From assembly GCA_037189525.1 (NCBI GenBank), contig JBBCJC010000005.1:1-64000 (forward strand): a DNA stretch of 64,000 nt, in the 5' to 3' direction. This DNA is from Gemmatimonadales bacterium (lineage in GTDB: Bacteria; Gemmatimonadota; Gemmatimonadetes; Gemmatimonadales; GWC2-71-9). The position numbers and the translations under genes are program-made. The notes below the pieces were generated by a model. That model worked only from the letters and a program-made list of their open reading frames with translations, was not told the origin of the DNA and did not search any database. This document shows, piece after piece, positions 12,600 to 21,264 of this stretch; the first letter of the stretch is position 1, and each line of letters opens with the position of its first letter.

Positions 12600-13718
12600 T
12601 TACAGATTGCCTCGGAGCGCCTGCTCCCGTTCGATCGCCTCGAACAACGCCTTGAAGTTGCCCTTGCCGAAGCTCTTGGCGCCCTTCCGCTGAATGATCT
12701 CATAGAACAGCGTCGGGCGGTCCTGGACCGGCTTGGTAAAGATCTGGAGCAGATAACCCTCGTCATCGCGATCGACCAGGATGCCCAGCTCCTTGAGCGG
12801 CTCGAGGTCCTCATCGATGGGACCGACCCGATCGAGCAACGTATCGTAGTAGCTCGTCGGCACGCTCAAGAACGCCACGCCGCGCGAGGTCAGATCGCGG
12901 ACGGTCGCCACGATATTGTTGGTAGCAAGCGCGCAGTGCTGGACACCCGGACCGCCGTAGAAGTCGAGGTACTCATCGATCTGTGATTTCTTCTTGCCCG
13001 CGGCGGGTTCGTTGATCGGGAATTTGATGCGGCCGTTGCCGTTCGACATGACCTTGGACATCAAGGCGGAATATTCCGTGCTGATATCCTTGTCGTCGAA
13101 GGACAGCAGGTTGTGGAACCCGAGCACCCGCTCGTAGAAGGCGACCCAGTGATTCATCCGCCCCAGTTCGACATTGCCGACGCAGTGGTCGACATACTGA
13201 AGGCCGGTGCTCGTGGTTACGAGCGGTGAGCTGGCGGGCTTGAAGCCAGGCAGGAAGGTACCGCGATAATTCTTGCGCTCGACGATGGAATGGATAGTGT
13301 CGCCATACGTCTTGATCGCGGCAATGACTACTTCCCCGTCATCGTCCGACAGCACGATCGGCTCGTGCACCGCCTCGGCGCCCCGTTCCAGGGCTTTGGC
13401 AAAGGCATCGCGCGCATCGTCCACCCAGAAGGCCAGGTCCCGCACGCCGTCGCCGTGCACCCGAATGTGCTCGGCAATCGGGCCATCCGGACCGAGCGGG
13501 GTCGTCAGAACGAACCGGAGCTTGTTCTGCTCCAGCAGGTAGCTGGCGCGATCCCGGACGCCGGTTTCGGGACCACGGTACGCCTTGAGCGTGAAGCCGA
13601 AGGCGGTCTGGTAGTAGATGGCCGACTGTTTGGCGTTGCCGACGTAGAACTCGATGTAGTCGGTCCCGTTGATCGGGAAGGTGTCGACCTGCGTTTCGGG
13701 AAGGACCTGCGTTGCCAT
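12600..13718 (-). CDS. hppD: 4-hydroxyphenylpyruvate dioxygenase
   Basis: DHCVGNV, FPINEP, GVQHCAL, YLLQIFTKP and EIIQRKGAKSFGKGNFKALFEAIE. Confidence 0.97.
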   Translation of the reverse strand: MATQVLPETQVDTFPINGTDYIEFYVGNAKQSAIYYQTAFGFTLKAYRGPETGVRDRASYLLEQNKLRFVLTTPLGPDGPIAEHIRVHGDGVRDLAFWVDDARDAFAKALERGAEAVHEPIVLSDDDGEVVIAAIKTYGDTIHSIVERKNYRGTFLPGFKPASSPLVTTSTGLQYVDHCVGNVELGRMNHWVAFYERVLGFHNLLSFDDKDISTEYSALMSKVMSNGNGRIKFPINEPAAGKKKSQIDEYLDFYGGPGVQHCALATNNIVATVRDLTSRGVAFLSVPTSYYDTLLDRVGPIDEDLEPLKELGILVDRDDEGYLLQIFTKPVQDRPTLFYEIIQRKGAKSFGKGNFKALFEAIEREQALRGNL

Positions 13719-13805
13719 GGTGAAGCCTCCGACAGGAACGAATGAACGTGTCTCAATTTACCGCGCCGCGGCCGGACGGGTCTACAACCCCGACCTCGCG
13801 GTGCT

Positions 13806-15164
13806 TCAGTGGCTCGGGCCGTCGATCACGACGCGGATCAGTGCCCGACCAAGTCGGACCCTGACCCGGATGACGAGGATGACCGCCACGACCATCAGGC
13901 CGACGACCAGGCCCCACCAGAGCCCCGGCGGCCCCCACCCCTGCCGAAAGCCGAGCCAGAGGCTGATCGGCAGGCCTATTAGATAGTAACCAAACAGGTT
14001 GATCAGCACAGGAATCCGGGTGTCCCCCGCCCCCCGCAGCGCCCCGAGGGCCACCGCCTGAGTCCCGTCGAAGACCTGGAACAACCCCGCCAAGGGCAGC
14101 AGTGTCGCCGCGATAGCCACGACGGCGGCATCGGTAGTGTAGAGGCGCGCCAATGGCCCCGGAAGCAGGGTGAAAATCAGCGCCGTCAGCGACATGAACG
14201 ACACCCCGATGATCAACGCCGCCGCGGCCCAGCGGCGGGCGTCATCCGGCCGCCCGGCGCCGATGGCCCGCCCGACCATTACGGCGGCAGCCGAGCCGAT
14301 TCCGAGCGGAACCATGAACGCCATCGCGGCCATATTGAGGGCAATCTGGTGGCCGGCCAGCGCCTGGGCGCCGATCCGCCCCGCCAGGAGTCCTACGCCA
14401 CCGAAGACCCCGTACTCGAACAGGATCTGAAATCCAACCGGCAGCCCGATCGCCAGCATCCGCCGGAGCGGAAGCCAATCCCACGACTCGGCCAACCAGG
14501 GCCGGATCCGCGGGATGAGATGCGCGCGCACCAGGAAGGCCAGGCCAAGAAACATGACCCAGCGGCTGATCGTGGTGGTCAGGCCGGCGCCGCTCACCCC
14601 AAGTTCCGGAAATCCGAAATGCCCGAAAATCAGGATCCAGCCGGTCAGAGCATTGAGCAGATTGGCGCCGATGATGGCAACCAGCAGCGGCCGCAGGATT
14701 CCTTGCGCCTGCAGCATCTCCCGCAGCACCATGAATCCGAAATACGGAAAGATCCCAGGCAGCGTCCATCGCATGTAAATGCCCGAGAGCGGAACGACCG
14801 CCTCCGATTGCCCGGTAAAGCGCAGCATCGGTTCGATCGTCAGGTACGCAAGCGTGGCCACGACGGTCACGAGCGCTGCGATGACGAATCCACGCTGAAC
14901 ACCCCTGGTCACACCGAGTTCGTCCCGGGCACCGTAGGCCTGGGCAATAACCGGGGCGAGAGCGGCAATGCACCCCATCCCGATCGTAGTGACCATGAAA
15001 AACCAGATATTGGCCGCGCCGGTCGCTGCCAGCGCGTCGGCCGAATAGTGGCCCATCATGGCGGTGTCGACGACGCCCATGAACATCACGCCGACTTGGA
15101 CCGTGGCAAGCGGCGCGGCAAGCGAGAACAAGGACCGGATGTCGGCCCTGGTGGGACGCAGCAT
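13806..15164 (-). CDS. MATE family efflux transporter (NorM-like)
   Basis: VDTAMMGH, FPELGVSGAG, GLPVG, FQVFDGTQ and LRGAGDTR; about 12 TM segments. Confidence 0.95.
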   Translation of the reverse strand: MLRPTRADIRSLFSLAAPLATVQVGVMFMGVVDTAMMGHYSADALAATGAANIWFFMVTTIGMGCIAALAPVIAQAYGARDELGVTRGVQRGFVIAALVTVVATLAYLTIEPMLRFTGQSEAVVPLSGIYMRWTLPGIFPYFGFMVLREMLQAQGILRPLLVAIIGANLLNALTGWILIFGHFGFPELGVSGAGLTTTISRWVMFLGLAFLVRAHLIPRIRPWLAESWDWLPLRRMLAIGLPVGFQILFEYGVFGGVGLLAGRIGAQALAGHQIALNMAAMAFMVPLGIGSAAAVMVGRAIGAGRPDDARRWAAAALIIGVSFMSLTALIFTLLPGPLARLYTTDAAVVAIAATLLPLAGLFQVFDGTQAVALGALRGAGDTRIPVLINLFGYYLIGLPISLWLGFRQGWGPPGLWWGLVVGLMVVAVILVIRVRVRLGRALIRVVIDGPSH

Positions 15165-15291
15165 GGTCAGGACGGATCAGCCCCGCATCGGTGTGCGGAG
15201 CTGGTGCAGTGCAATCGTGGTCCGTATCCTGGTCATCTGCCACACGAGGAGAGTCAAAGTGGACGGATGGCCCGTCAAATCGATACGCGAG

Positions 15292-15365
15292 CGCGCCCGG
15301 CAGGAGTCGAACCTGCGACCCACAGCTTAGAAGGCTGTTGCTCTATCCAACTGAGCTACGGGCGC
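15292..15365 (-). tRNA. tRNA-Arg(TCT)
   Basis: GCGCCCGTAGCTCAGTTGGATAGAGCAACAGCCTTCTAAGCTGTGGGTCGCAGGTTCGACTCCTGCCGGGCGCG; CCA not encoded. Confidence 0.96.
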
Positions 15366-15402
15366 CGGAGCCTTGAAAGATAGACGGGTCCTGGATGGGA
15401 GG

Positions 15403-16065
15403 TCAGTTCCCTACCGCCGGCAGGCAATGGACCTGTCCCGGCCCATGCACACCCACCAACAGCTGCCCTTCGATATCGGCCGTCCGGCTCGGCCCGGTCA
15501 CCAGGATGGCGGCACTGACCTGGCGGCTCCCGAGGGCCCCTTCGGCCTGCCGGATGAAATCGCCCAACGTGGCCACCACGCACTCCGGATCCAGGACGGT
15601 CAGGTGCGCCGGGGCGATCACGCTCGACAGCCGCCCCTGCCCCGGACCCGGAATCAGCGCAAAGGTGCCCGACTCGGCGATGGCCGCCGTCGTCGCGGTG
15701 ATCGACAGCGCCAGCCGGTCGGCCTGGGCAGGCCCCTCGAAGGCGCGCGCCACGTCGACTCCGGCCGCGGCCAGCGTATCCGCCACGCCAAGCCGGTCGA
15801 GCAGACCGTCGGGATCGCGGGCGACCCAGACGAGACCCGCGTGCTGCCGAGCAACCGTGATGAGGTGCCGATCGAACGCCGCCCGGTCGGCAGCGTCGTG
15901 CCAGCGGCCGCCCAAGCCTTCGAAGCGCTCGCGAAACTGCGCCAGCAGCGAGGGCCAGCGATGCGGTGCGGCCACCGGCCAGTCCGGGTGCGGGTGATGG
16001 TGCGGCTCCGGCATAGCCAGGCGGAGAGCCGTGCGCACATCGGCCAGAATCCGGTCGCGGCTCAT
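15403..16065 (-). CDS. lutC: Lactate utilization protein C (LUD domain)
   Basis: Starts MSRDRILADVR, overlapping the lutB stop; AIAESGT and TGPSRTADIEGQLLVGVHGP. Confidence 0.93.
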   Translation of the reverse strand: MSRDRILADVRTALRLAMPEPHHHPHPDWPVAAPHRWPSLLAQFRERFEGLGGRWHDAADRAAFDRHLITVARQHAGLVWVARDPDGLLDRLGVADTLAAAGVDVARAFEGPAQADRLALSITATTAAIAESGTFALIPGPGQGRLSSVIAPAHLTVLDPECVVATLGDFIRQAEGALGSRQVSAAILVTGPSRTADIEGQLLVGVHGPGQVHCLPAVGN

Positions 16066-17459
16066 CGGTCTTTCACCAGGTCGCGAAGCGGACGCGCCGC
16101 CAGCTGCGGAACCGAACGCCAGCGTGCCCAGCGCGCGGCCGGGCCTGGCGCAAACCACTGTCCCCCGCCCGCGGCCCGCTGCAACCAGTACCCGATCCGG
16201 CCGGCCAGTCGGAACCGGGCCGGCGATGCCATGACCCACCCGGCCACCCGAAGCGGCCATCGTCCGACCGTTCCGGGCTCAGGTGGTAGCTCCGCAGCTT
16301 CTTTCCGGAAGTGCAGCAGCATCCGCGGAATGTCGATCTTGATCGGGCAGGCATCCCGGCAGGCGCCGCAGAGTGACGAGGCAAACGGCAATTCCCTGGC
16401 GGCGTCCACGCCGAGCAACCCGGGCGTGACGACGGCGCCGATCGGTCCCTGATAGACCCATCCGTAGGCATGCCCGCCGGCCCGACGATAGACGGGACAG
16501 ACGCCGAGACAGGCTGCGCACCTGATGCAGAGGAGCGACTCCCGCGCCTCGGGGTCGGCCAAGAGGCGCGAGCGACCGTTGTCGAGCAGGACGACGTGGA
16601 ACTCCTCCGGGCCGTCGGTTTCGCCCGGCCGGCGCATCCCGTTCAGGATGTTGACGTAGCTCGAGAGCCGCTGGCCCGTCGCGCTGCGCGGCAGCACGCT
16701 CAGGAGCGGATCGAGATCGGCAAAGCGCGGGACGATCTTGTCGATTCCGATCACCGCGACGTGGACCGGTGGGAGCGAAGTCGCCAGGCGCGCATTGCCC
16801 TCGTTTTCGACGACCACGATCGTTCCGGTTTCCGCCACGGCAAAGTTGGCGCCGGTAATCCCCATCGAGGCCGTCAGGAACCGCTCGCGCAAGGTCCGGC
16901 GCGCAATCGCCGTCAGTTCGCCGGGCTCGGTGGTGAGTGGCACACCGAGGGTGCGGGCAAAGAGATCACCGACCCGCTCCTTGGTCCAGTGGATGGCCGG
17001 CGCCAGGAAGTGTGACGGCGCGTCGTGCGCCAGCTGGATGATGTATTCACCGAGGTCGGTTTCGACCGGCGTCACCCCCGCGTCTTCGAGCGCGTGATTG
17101 AGGCCGATCTCCTCCGTCGCCATCGATTTGCTCTTGACCGCGATCTTGACGCCGCGTCGGCGCGCGATGGCCGTCACGTGCTGGCAAGCCTCCTCCGCGG
17201 TGCGAGCCCACCAGACGGTTCCTCCGTTGGCCTGCACGCTGGCTTCGAACTGTTCGAGATACCGGTCGAGATGCGCAATCGCTTCGAGCCGCGCCGCGCG
17301 GGCGCGGGTGCGGAGCGATTCCCAATCGGGACGTTCGGACACGGCCGCGAGGCGAAGGTCGACGAATCGTGAGGTGGTGCGATGCAGCGCGCCCTGCAGC
17401 TGGACCAGATCAAGCGCCCGATCGGCCTGCTCGTGAAAACGCTCGGCGGCGGGCTTCAC
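16062..17459 (-). CDS. lutB: Lactate utilization protein B (Fe-S)
   Basis: VKSKSM, ETDLGEYIIQL, ENEGN, CIRCAACLGVCP and SSLCGACRDACP; GTG start overlaps the lutA stop. Confidence 0.95.
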   Translation of the reverse strand: MKPAAERFHEQADRALDLVQLQGALHRTTSRFVDLRLAAVSERPDWESLRTRARAARLEAIAHLDRYLEQFEASVQANGGTVWWARTAEEACQHVTAIARRRGVKIAVKSKSMATEEIGLNHALEDAGVTPVETDLGEYIIQLAHDAPSHFLAPAIHWTKERVGDLFARTLGVPLTTEPGELTAIARRTLRERFLTASMGITGANFAVAETGTIVVVENEGNARLATSLPPVHVAVIGIDKIVPRFADLDPLLSVLPRSATGQRLSSYVNILNGMRRPGETDGPEEFHVVLLDNGRSRLLADPEARESLLCIRCAACLGVCPVYRRAGGHAYGWVYQGPIGAVVTPGLLGVDAARELPFASSLCGACRDACPIKIDIPRMLLHFRKEAAELPPEPGTVGRWPLRVAGWVMASPARFRLAGRIGYWLQRAAGGGQWFAPGPAARWARWRSVPQLAARPLRDLVKDR

Positions 17460-18187
17460 GACACGTGCCGATCCGACGCGAGGACCTGCGCCAGATGGAG
17501 GATCTCGATCTCGAGTCCGCGGCGATCCAGAATCCCTTTGATCTGCAGCAGACACGACGGATCACAGGACACGAGGGCCTCGGCACCTGTCGCCACGATG
17601 GCGTCGACTTTGGCGTTGCCCATGTCGGCGGAAATCCGATCGAACGAGACCGAGAAGCTGCCGCCGAAGCCGCAACACTGCTGCCGATCGTCGAGTTCGA
17701 CGAGTTCACACCCTTCGACATTGCCAAGCAAGCGCCTGGGTTGGTCGCGCACGCCGAGTTCGCGAAGCGAGTGACACCCGTCGTGCATGGTCAGCCGGGC
17801 GGAACAGGCGGCGTCGAGATCGGCCGCTTGGGGTTGCCGGCTCACGAACTCGCTGAATTCGAACGTCTTGGCCGCAACCGACCGGGCCGCATCGTGGCTC
17901 GGATCGCCGGCTGGAAGCAGATCCGCGTAGTGGACCCGGATCATGGCTGCGCACGACCCCGACGGCACGACCACGGCGTCGAACGCATCGAGTATCTTTA
18001 CCGTCGCCCGAGCGAGCCGAGCTGCCTCACCTCGATGTCCCGCGTTATAGAATGGCTGACCGCAGCAGGTCTGGTCCTGAGGAAACTCGGCCGAGCACCC
18101 GATCCGGTCGAGAACGGTGAGCGCCGCCAGGCCGATCTCGGGCAATACCTGATCGACCACGCAGGTGGCAAAAAGCGCGATGCGCAT
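17456..18187 (-). CDS. lutA: Lactate utilization protein A (two CCG domains)
   Basis: QTCCGQP, PSGSC, HDGCH, CCGFGGSF and DPSCLLQI. Confidence 0.95.
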   Translation of the reverse strand: MRIALFATCVVDQVLPEIGLAALTVLDRIGCSAEFPQDQTCCGQPFYNAGHRGEAARLARATVKILDAFDAVVVPSGSCAAMIRVHYADLLPAGDPSHDAARSVAAKTFEFSEFVSRQPQAADLDAACSARLTMHDGCHSLRELGVRDQPRRLLGNVEGCELVELDDRQQCCGFGGSFSVSFDRISADMGNAKVDAIVATGAEALVSCDPSCLLQIKGILDRRGLEIEILHLAQVLASDRHVS

Positions 18188-18252
18188 GGGGCTTCCGATG
18201 GAGACTGGCGAATAATGTTCCGGACCTCACCGAATCGCCAGGCAGCCCGCCT

Positions 18253-19068
18253 ATGAATGCCAAGATCCGGCAGCGGCTCGGGCAGGCCGGCCTGGGCGCG
18301 GTTGCGGCGGCGGGCTTACTTTACCCCCTTCGGGCGATGGGTTTCGACGATCTGGTCGGCATGTCGTTTCCCACCTGGCATGAAGTGTTGTTCCTCGCGG
18401 GTATGCTGCTGGGCGGATTCGGATTACTCCGCTGGCTCGCCGGGGCTGCCGGTGTCGCGCTCGTGCTGTTGTTCATCGTCGAAATCGTCCCTGCTCCGTC
18501 CCGGTGGGCGCGGCGATTCGTCCGCGAAGATCCGCTGCCGGCGGCCACGGTCGACGGCATCGTGGTCCTCTCTGCGTCGGTCAATACGGATGGACTGATC
18601 AATCCTCCGGGACTCGATCGTCTCCGAGAAGGCATTCATCTCCATCGCCAGGGTATCTCTCCTCGGCTGATCCTCTCGAGTGTCCAATGGGACAAACGGC
18701 CCGAGGTGCAGTCGGATGCCGACCAGCGCGCGATCGTGGCCGAATCGGGCACCACGCCAGAGCTTCACATCGTGCACGAGGTCGGATCGACTCGGCTCGA
18801 GGCCCTCCGCGTTGCGGAACTGGCCCTGCCGCGCGGCTGGAAGACCATCGTCGTGGTAACGTCGCCGACCCATACCCGGCGCGCCTGCGCGACCTTCGAG
18901 GCCGTCGGATTCACCGTGATATGCCGGCCCAGTCCGGATCGCAGTATCGCCTGGGCACACCTCGGCGCACCCGATGATCGTGCGGCGGCGTTCGGTCTCT
19001 GGCTCTATGAAACCCTGGGTTGGTGGAAATATCGCGCGGCCGGATGGATTCGAGCCGACGCCCCATGA
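18253..19068 (+). CDS. YdcF/DUF218 (ElyC/SanA-like) membrane protein
   Basis: N-terminal TM segments; DGIVVL, STRLEA, VVVTSPTHTRRA and YETLG. Confidence 0.88.
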   Translation: MNAKIRQRLGQAGLGAVAAAGLLYPLRAMGFDDLVGMSFPTWHEVLFLAGMLLGGFGLLRWLAGAAGVALVLLFIVEIVPAPSRWARRFVREDPLPAATVDGIVVLSASVNTDGLINPPGLDRLREGIHLHRQGISPRLILSSVQWDKRPEVQSDADQRAIVAESGTTPELHIVHEVGSTRLEALRVAELALPRGWKTIVVVTSPTHTRRACATFEAVGFTVICRPSPDRSIAWAHLGAPDDRAAAFGLWLYETLGWWKYRAAGWIRADAP

Positions 19069-19127
19069 TGCTGATTCCGACGCTGTCTTTTCTCGACGCC
19101 GGCTGATCCGGCAAAGGAGTCGTTACG

Positions 19128-20222
19128 ATGAGCAGTCGCACCACGCGGGCCGCGCTCTGGATCGGTGGCGCCGCCGTTCTGGCCGTCGGAGCCCTCTGGG
19201 CCGTTACGAGCCGCGCCGCCGCGCCTCAGGCCGTCCGGGTACTGGTCTACCATGACATGGAGGGACTGGCTGGACAGAACGACACTCAGACCTTTCGCTT
19301 CGTCCACCGGAACAAGTACGTCCTGGGCCAGAAGATGCTGGTGGCGGACCTCAATGCGGTCATCGGCGGTCTTTTCGACGGCGGCGCGACGGTCGTCCAT
19401 GTGGTCGATGCGCACGGCAGCGGCAATCCCGAGCCCGATGTCATCACTGCCGACCTCGATCCGCGCGCCAAGCAGATCTTCCGGGATGCGCCGTTCCATG
19501 CCTATGACGACATCATCGCGCCCAATCAGTACGATGCCGTGGTGGCGGTCGGGATGCATGCCAAAACCGGCAGCGGTGGCTTCGCATCGCACACCTACAC
19601 GATCGGCATCGAGTTGCGTTTCAACGGACAGTCGATCACCGAGTCTGAGCTGGTGGCCTATAGCTGGGGACGAGTCGATGTGCCGATGATCATGGTGACC
19701 GGCGACGACAAGCTGAAGCAGGACCTGGCGACCATGCCCTGGATTCAGTATGTCGTCACCAAAACGGCCACCGCCGCCGATTCGGCCATCCTGCGCCCGG
19801 TCGACGAGGTCCACGCCGAAATGCGCAGCGCCGCCAAGCGAGCCGTCGAAGGCCGCGCAGAGGCCAAGGTCATGAAACTGGAAGGGCCGATCACGGCGGC
19901 ACTGCACGCGGTTCCGCCCGCCAGCCTGCGCATCCTGGACGGCGTGCCGGGCATCAACTATCGGGACAACACCGTCGAGTTCGTCGCCCAGGATTTCAAG
20001 AGCGCCTATCGGGGTCTCGTGGCATTGATCGGCGTGGCGACGCAATCGTTCTCCGGCCTCTACCGGGAGATGCACGCTGCCCGTCCCGAGACCGAAGCCA
20101 AAGCCCTCTCGCTGGAATTCTCGGACCGGTTGTTCCAGCGCTGGATGGACGTGGAATCCGGACGCTGGCAGCCGCCGCCCGCAGCGACACCCGCTGCCCG
20201 CAAGTTCCACGGCGCCAACTGA
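19128..20222 (+). CDS. M55 family D-aminopeptidase (DppA-like) with signal peptide
   Basis: DMEG, VDAHG, GMHAK, ASHT, TESE and MVTGDD; RBS AAGGAG. Confidence 0.9.
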   Translation: MSSRTTRAALWIGGAAVLAVGALWAVTSRAAAPQAVRVLVYHDMEGLAGQNDTQTFRFVHRNKYVLGQKMLVADLNAVIGGLFDGGATVVHVVDAHGSGNPEPDVITADLDPRAKQIFRDAPFHAYDDIIAPNQYDAVVAVGMHAKTGSGGFASHTYTIGIELRFNGQSITESELVAYSWGRVDVPMIMVTGDDKLKQDLATMPWIQYVVTKTATAADSAILRPVDEVHAEMRSAAKRAVEGRAEAKVMKLEGPITAALHAVPPASLRILDGVPGINYRDNTVEFVAQDFKSAYRGLVALIGVATQSFSGLYREMHAARPETEAKALSLEFSDRLFQRWMDVESGRWQPPPAATPAARKFHGAN

Positions 20223-20368
20223 CCCCACCTCAACGACCGAGCCTCTGACTGTCGCAATGCGCAGCCGTCGGAGACCCGGTCGCGAGCCGTCGCAGCCCCC
20301 GGGGGATTCGACCACCTGAGGCAAGCCGACAGGCGAAGCCTCGGTGACCGAAGCCCGACGTCCCGAAA

Positions 20369-20402
20369 GCAAAGCGAGCGGCCTCACGGCCGCTCGCTTT
20401 GC
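20369..20402. terminator. Perfect 15-bp hairpin between the convergent M55 gene and tRNA-Pro; probable bidirectional terminator
   Basis: GCAAAGCGAGCGGCC-TCAC-GGCCGCTCGCTTTGC. Confidence 0.7.
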
Positions 20403-20404
20403 AA

Positions 20405-20478
20405 TCGGGGCGCCGGGATTCGAACCCGGGACCTCCTGCGCCCAAGGCAGGCGCGCTACCGGGCTGCGCTACGCCCCG
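20405..20478 (-). tRNA. tRNA-Pro(TGG)
   Basis: CGGGGCGTAGCGCAGCCCGGTAGCGCGCCTGCCTTGGGCGCAGGAGGTCCCGGGTTCGAATCCCGGCGCCCCGA. Confidence 0.96.
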
Positions 20479-20499
20479 ATTCTTTCCAAGCCTGGAAAT

Positions 20500-21132
20500 T
20501 TACCGCAACCGCTTGAGAAGCGGCACTGGGGACCGGTCGGCGACGCCGTAGCGGCCCGCGAGGTAACCCTCGATGAGGGCCCACTGCCGGTCAGGCGGGT
20601 AGTCCTTGGGGCGTAACAGGAAACCGAGCCCGATCCCGTCGGACAGGGCAATCAGCGCGTCGGCCTCGAGCGCCGGGTCGACCGTTGCCGGAATGGCGCC
20701 ACTGGCAGCGAGGGTCCGCAGCTCGGTGGCCAACCGGTCGTGCATCAACTCGAGCCGGCGCTGATGCTCTTCGCGCAGCCGCTTGTTGCTCATGGCCAGC
20801 CCGACGAACGAGATCCACAGCCGGAGACCGCTGACCTCACGAGGGGTGAGCGGCAGTGTCACACTCAGGATCCGCCGGATCCGGTCCACCCCGGTGGCGC
20901 CCTCGAGCGCGGCGTCGATATTCCTGATCACCGCGGCACCCAGCCGATCCAGCGCCATCAGGAGCAGGTCGGCCTTGTCGCGGAAATGGTAGGTGACCAC
21001 ACCCGTTGTGGCCCCCAACTCCGCGGCAATGGCGCGCACGCTGGCTTTGTGCAGCCCGTCGCGGAGAATGACCCGCCAGGCCGCCTCGGTGACTTCTTCG
21101 CGTGTAAAGGTGCGCCCGGCCACCCGCGCCAT
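20500..21132 (-). CDS. TetR family regulator (BetI-type C-terminus)
   Basis: HTH ASVRAIAAELGATTGVVTYHFRDKADLL; C-terminal LIALSDGI. Confidence 0.93.
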   Translation of the reverse strand: MARVAGRTFTREEVTEAAWRVILRDGLHKASVRAIAAELGATTGVVTYHFRDKADLLLMALDRLGAAVIRNIDAALEGATGVDRIRRILSVTLPLTPREVSGLRLWISFVGLAMSNKRLREEHQRRLELMHDRLATELRTLAASGAIPATVDPALEADALIALSDGIGLGFLLRPKDYPPDRQWALIEGYLAGRYGVADRSPVPLLKRLR

Positions 21133-21149
21133 ACCGACCTCGACAATTA

Positions 21150-21162
21150 AACAACAGTCGTT
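21150..21162. promoter_or_regulatory. Candidate TetR operator in the divergent intergenic region
   Basis: AACAAC-A-GTCGTT near-perfect inverted repeat in an AT-rich patch 18 nt upstream of the tetR start. Confidence 0.5.
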
Positions 21163-21264
21163 ATTTTCGTGGATCTCCGCCGTGTGCCGGAGCCAGACGC
21201 CGAAGTCTAGCGCATCGGCTACGTGGCGTCATCCGGCTGCTCGTGTCCTTGCAGAGGAACCGTC

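Noticed and set aside
15178..15203. Hairpin upstream of the MATE gene as a riboswitch
   Set aside because: Single stem (CAGCTCCGCA/TGCGGGGCTG) with no aptamer consensus that I recognise and no U-tract.
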